A stretch of DNA of 64,000 nt from an uncultured delta proteobacterium (GTDB lineage: Bacteria > Desulfobacterota > Syntrophobacteria > Syntrophobacterales > Syntrophobacteraceae): positions 25,899-89,898 of the forward strand of contig CAVUGX010000043.1 in the NCBI GenBank assembly GCA_963741035.1, given 5' to 3'. Shown in pieces: positions 62,474 through 64,000 of the stretch. The notes beneath the pieces were generated by a model, which did not search any database, was not told where the DNA came from, and worked only from the letters and a program-made list of their open reading frames with translations. The first letter of the stretch is position 1, and every line of letters starts with the position of its first letter. Position numbers and translations under genes: made by a program.

Positions 62474-62748
62474 GAAGGCGGAGAACAGGGATAGCGAGCG
62501 GGGAGATGGCTTTCTTTGTGCTTCGGCCCTCGGTTCTCGCTACTGCCTACGCAACTTCTTGGTAACGCATTTAACTGTGTCATCTTCTTTTCATCTTAGC
62601 GTAATCGGTCCATTCCATTTCCCAGGACTTCACGCCGTCCATTGTAAGCTCTTAGCCTGGAGCTCCGTGTCCAAACAACACAGTACATGTTTGCCTGAAG
62701 CCCCACAAAACCTGTTCTCTTGCGCCGCCGTGGAAGACGGCGCTACCG

Positions 62749-62792
62749 CTTCTTCGCGTTCTTCGACGTCAAAAACGAGGCTTCGCGTGCAA
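62749..62792. repeat. Right arm of the decayed inverted-repeat cassette
   Basis: The sequence cttcttcgcgttcttcgacgtcaaaaacgaggcttcgcgtgcaa contains the reverse complement of the CGCGAAGA octamers. Confidence 0.5.
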
Positions 62793-62915
62793 ACCGTCCA
62801 GGTACGCGTTTGCCGGATGGACCCAAAAGGAGACCTCTATTAGCGCGCAAATACTATAGATTACAAATGCATCCGGTGGGCGCGTCCTTGCTGAGAATCT
62901 TTTTGGGGTGAGGCC

Positions 62916-63254
62916 CTAAAGCTCACCCGCTCCGATCCTTTTCTTCAGCCAGGCGCAAAAATCCACGATGGTTTTTGCCCGGCTCTCTCCCTGGAGAAGG
63001 CCACGGCACAAATCGAATAAATCTTTATTGATCGCAACCGATTCCTGCTTATTCCCGGCTGCTTTGTAGTATTCCTGGACGAGAGCGCCGGCCTTGACGC
63101 TTTCGGAGCTGAAGATCCTCTCCCTGGGGTCCTTGGGTTCCTCGAACGGGTCCCAGTTTTCGTATCCGATCCTGAGGATTCGCTCCCGGCCGCGCTTAGC
63201 CATCCCATCGAAAATAGCTTTTTTTCGCAAATCGTACTCTTCCCTATCACTCAT
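62916..63254 (-). CDS. Hypothetical protein (112 aa)
   Basis: The start was moved to MSDREEYDLRKK. No motif was recognised, and it has a clean ORF upstream of nothing obvious. Confidence 0.4.
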   Translation of the reverse strand: MSDREEYDLRKKAIFDGMAKRGRERILRIGYENWDPFEEPKDPRERIFSSESVKAGALVQEYYKAAGNKQESVAINKDLFDLCRGLLQGESRAKTIVDFCAWLKKRIGAGEL

Positions 63255-63327
63255 TTCACACTCCAGGCGGTGGGACCGCCGGCATGGGTTGCCGCTCAAA
63301 TGAACTCCGCTTGCCCCCTGCTGCTGC

Positions 63328-64000
63328 CTACCAAAAGAGTTTCAGCCTTATTTTCTTGTATTCCTTCATACTGAAAAGAATCCGGAAATTATCAAGCCCG
63401 GTTGCGTGCGCGAGCCTGTGCGCAATGGAATCGCACTCTTCAGGGCTGCGTCCATGGATCATGGCATAAAGATTATAGGGCCACTCAGGATAGGCGGGCC
63501 TGTTGTAGCAATGGCTGACCTCGGGGAATGATGCCAGGATATCGCCAATCCTGTCTATCCGGTCCTGGGGACAGTTCCAAACGACCATCCCGTTTGCGCT
63601 AAAACCCACTCGGCGATGATCCAGGACGGCGGCGAACCGCCGAATCGTTCCGTGGCCCATCCAGCCGGAAATAGTTGCGAGCAGCTCGGACTCCTGCATT
63701 TTCAGTGAATCGGCCCACACACCGAAAGGTCTTTGAACAAGGGGCAAGTCTTCCTGGATGCATTTGACGATTCGTATATTTGCGGAGGTAGGCCTGAAGC
63801 TTGTGTCCGATTCGGTGGGAGGCAGCTCGGATTTTTCTTCCGGGAGGTCCCAGTCCCCATCTTCCAAAACGTCGAGAACCACGGCCAGCTTATATTTTTT
63901 TACAGCAGGCAGGACCAGTGCGGGCAAGGCGGCAGGGCCGTCCCCAGCGTATGCGGCTTTGGCGGAAAGCTCAGACACTACCGCCTCCAGGTTCTGCCCG
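63328..64000 (-). CDS. Siroheme decarboxylase (AhbA/AhbB, NirDL-like), N-terminus outside the window
   Basis: The sequence LPLVQRPFGVWADSL...GTIRRFAAVLDHRRVGFSANGMVVWNCP...VSHCYNRPAYPEWPYNLYAMIHG is the Ahb/NirD family signature. The frame stays open to nt 64000, and the upstream residues resemble the end of a preceding Ahb domain. Confidence 0.75.
   Translation of the reverse strand, partial: GQNLEAVVSELSAKAAYAGDGPAALPALVLPAVKKYKLAVVLDVLEDGDWDLPEEKSELPPTESDTSFRPTSANIRIVKCIQEDLPLVQRPFGVWADSLKMQESELLATISGWMGHGTIRRFAAVLDHRRVGFSANGMVVWNCPQDRIDRIGDILASFPEVSHCYNRPAYPEWPYNLYAMIHGRSPEECDSIAHRLAHATGLDNFRILFSMKEYKKIRLKLFW

Noticed and set aside
1-64000. tRNA, rRNA, tmRNA or RNase P genes
   Set aside because: No T-loop-type GGTTCGAATCC motifs or cloverleaf-like stretches were seen in the intergenic regions. 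The long non-coding gaps are accounted for by repeats and leaders. This was not verified computationally.

Overview
This 64 kb window looks like chromosome from an anaerobic, sulfite/sulfate-reducing Desulfobacterota-type (deltaproteobacterial) organism. That call rests on a reductive-type dsrD-dsrA-dsrB-dsrN-dsrC locus, a tetraheme cytochrome c3, a ferredoxin, and an AhbA/B-type siroheme decarboxylase. About a third of the window encodes a type IV pilus system with MSHA-like organisation. On the minus strand this is a fused pilMN, pilO-like, pilP-like, pilQ secretin, ExeA/MshM-like ATPase, pilB/mshE, pilC, pilA and a polytopic membrane protein. A plus-strand operon of four pseudopilin-like genes and a separate pilT-like ATPase complete the system. 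Housekeeping blocks include gatCA, a methylmalonyl-CoA mutase family operon with meaB, an H+-pyrophosphatase, an M16 peptidase, a CysRS-like ligase, a CNNM/HlyC protein, an HPF-CSD fusion, and an OlsF-like fused acyltransferase. Accessory content comprises a multiheme cytochrome plus heme-MCP pair bracketed by IS66-type end remnants, a low-GC XRE-S24 repressor plus orphan TcmP-like gene pair, two tandem S53 peptidases, and a PadR/Fe-S/flavoprotein-SCP2 operon. The most unusual signals are non-coding. One is a family of inverted-repeat-bounded GxxExxY (PD-(D/E)XK) cassettes, with one copy inserted between pilB and pilC, one pseudogene, one decayed copy and several solo arms. The others are heptamer arrays (TTCACTA/CTCACTG) that several genes terminate inside, and an ~85 nt element conserved in the same orientation upstream of two pilus operons. 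No tRNA, rRNA or CRISPR array was seen. All coordinates and identities come from hand reading plus the ORF track, and repeat edges may be off by a few nt.
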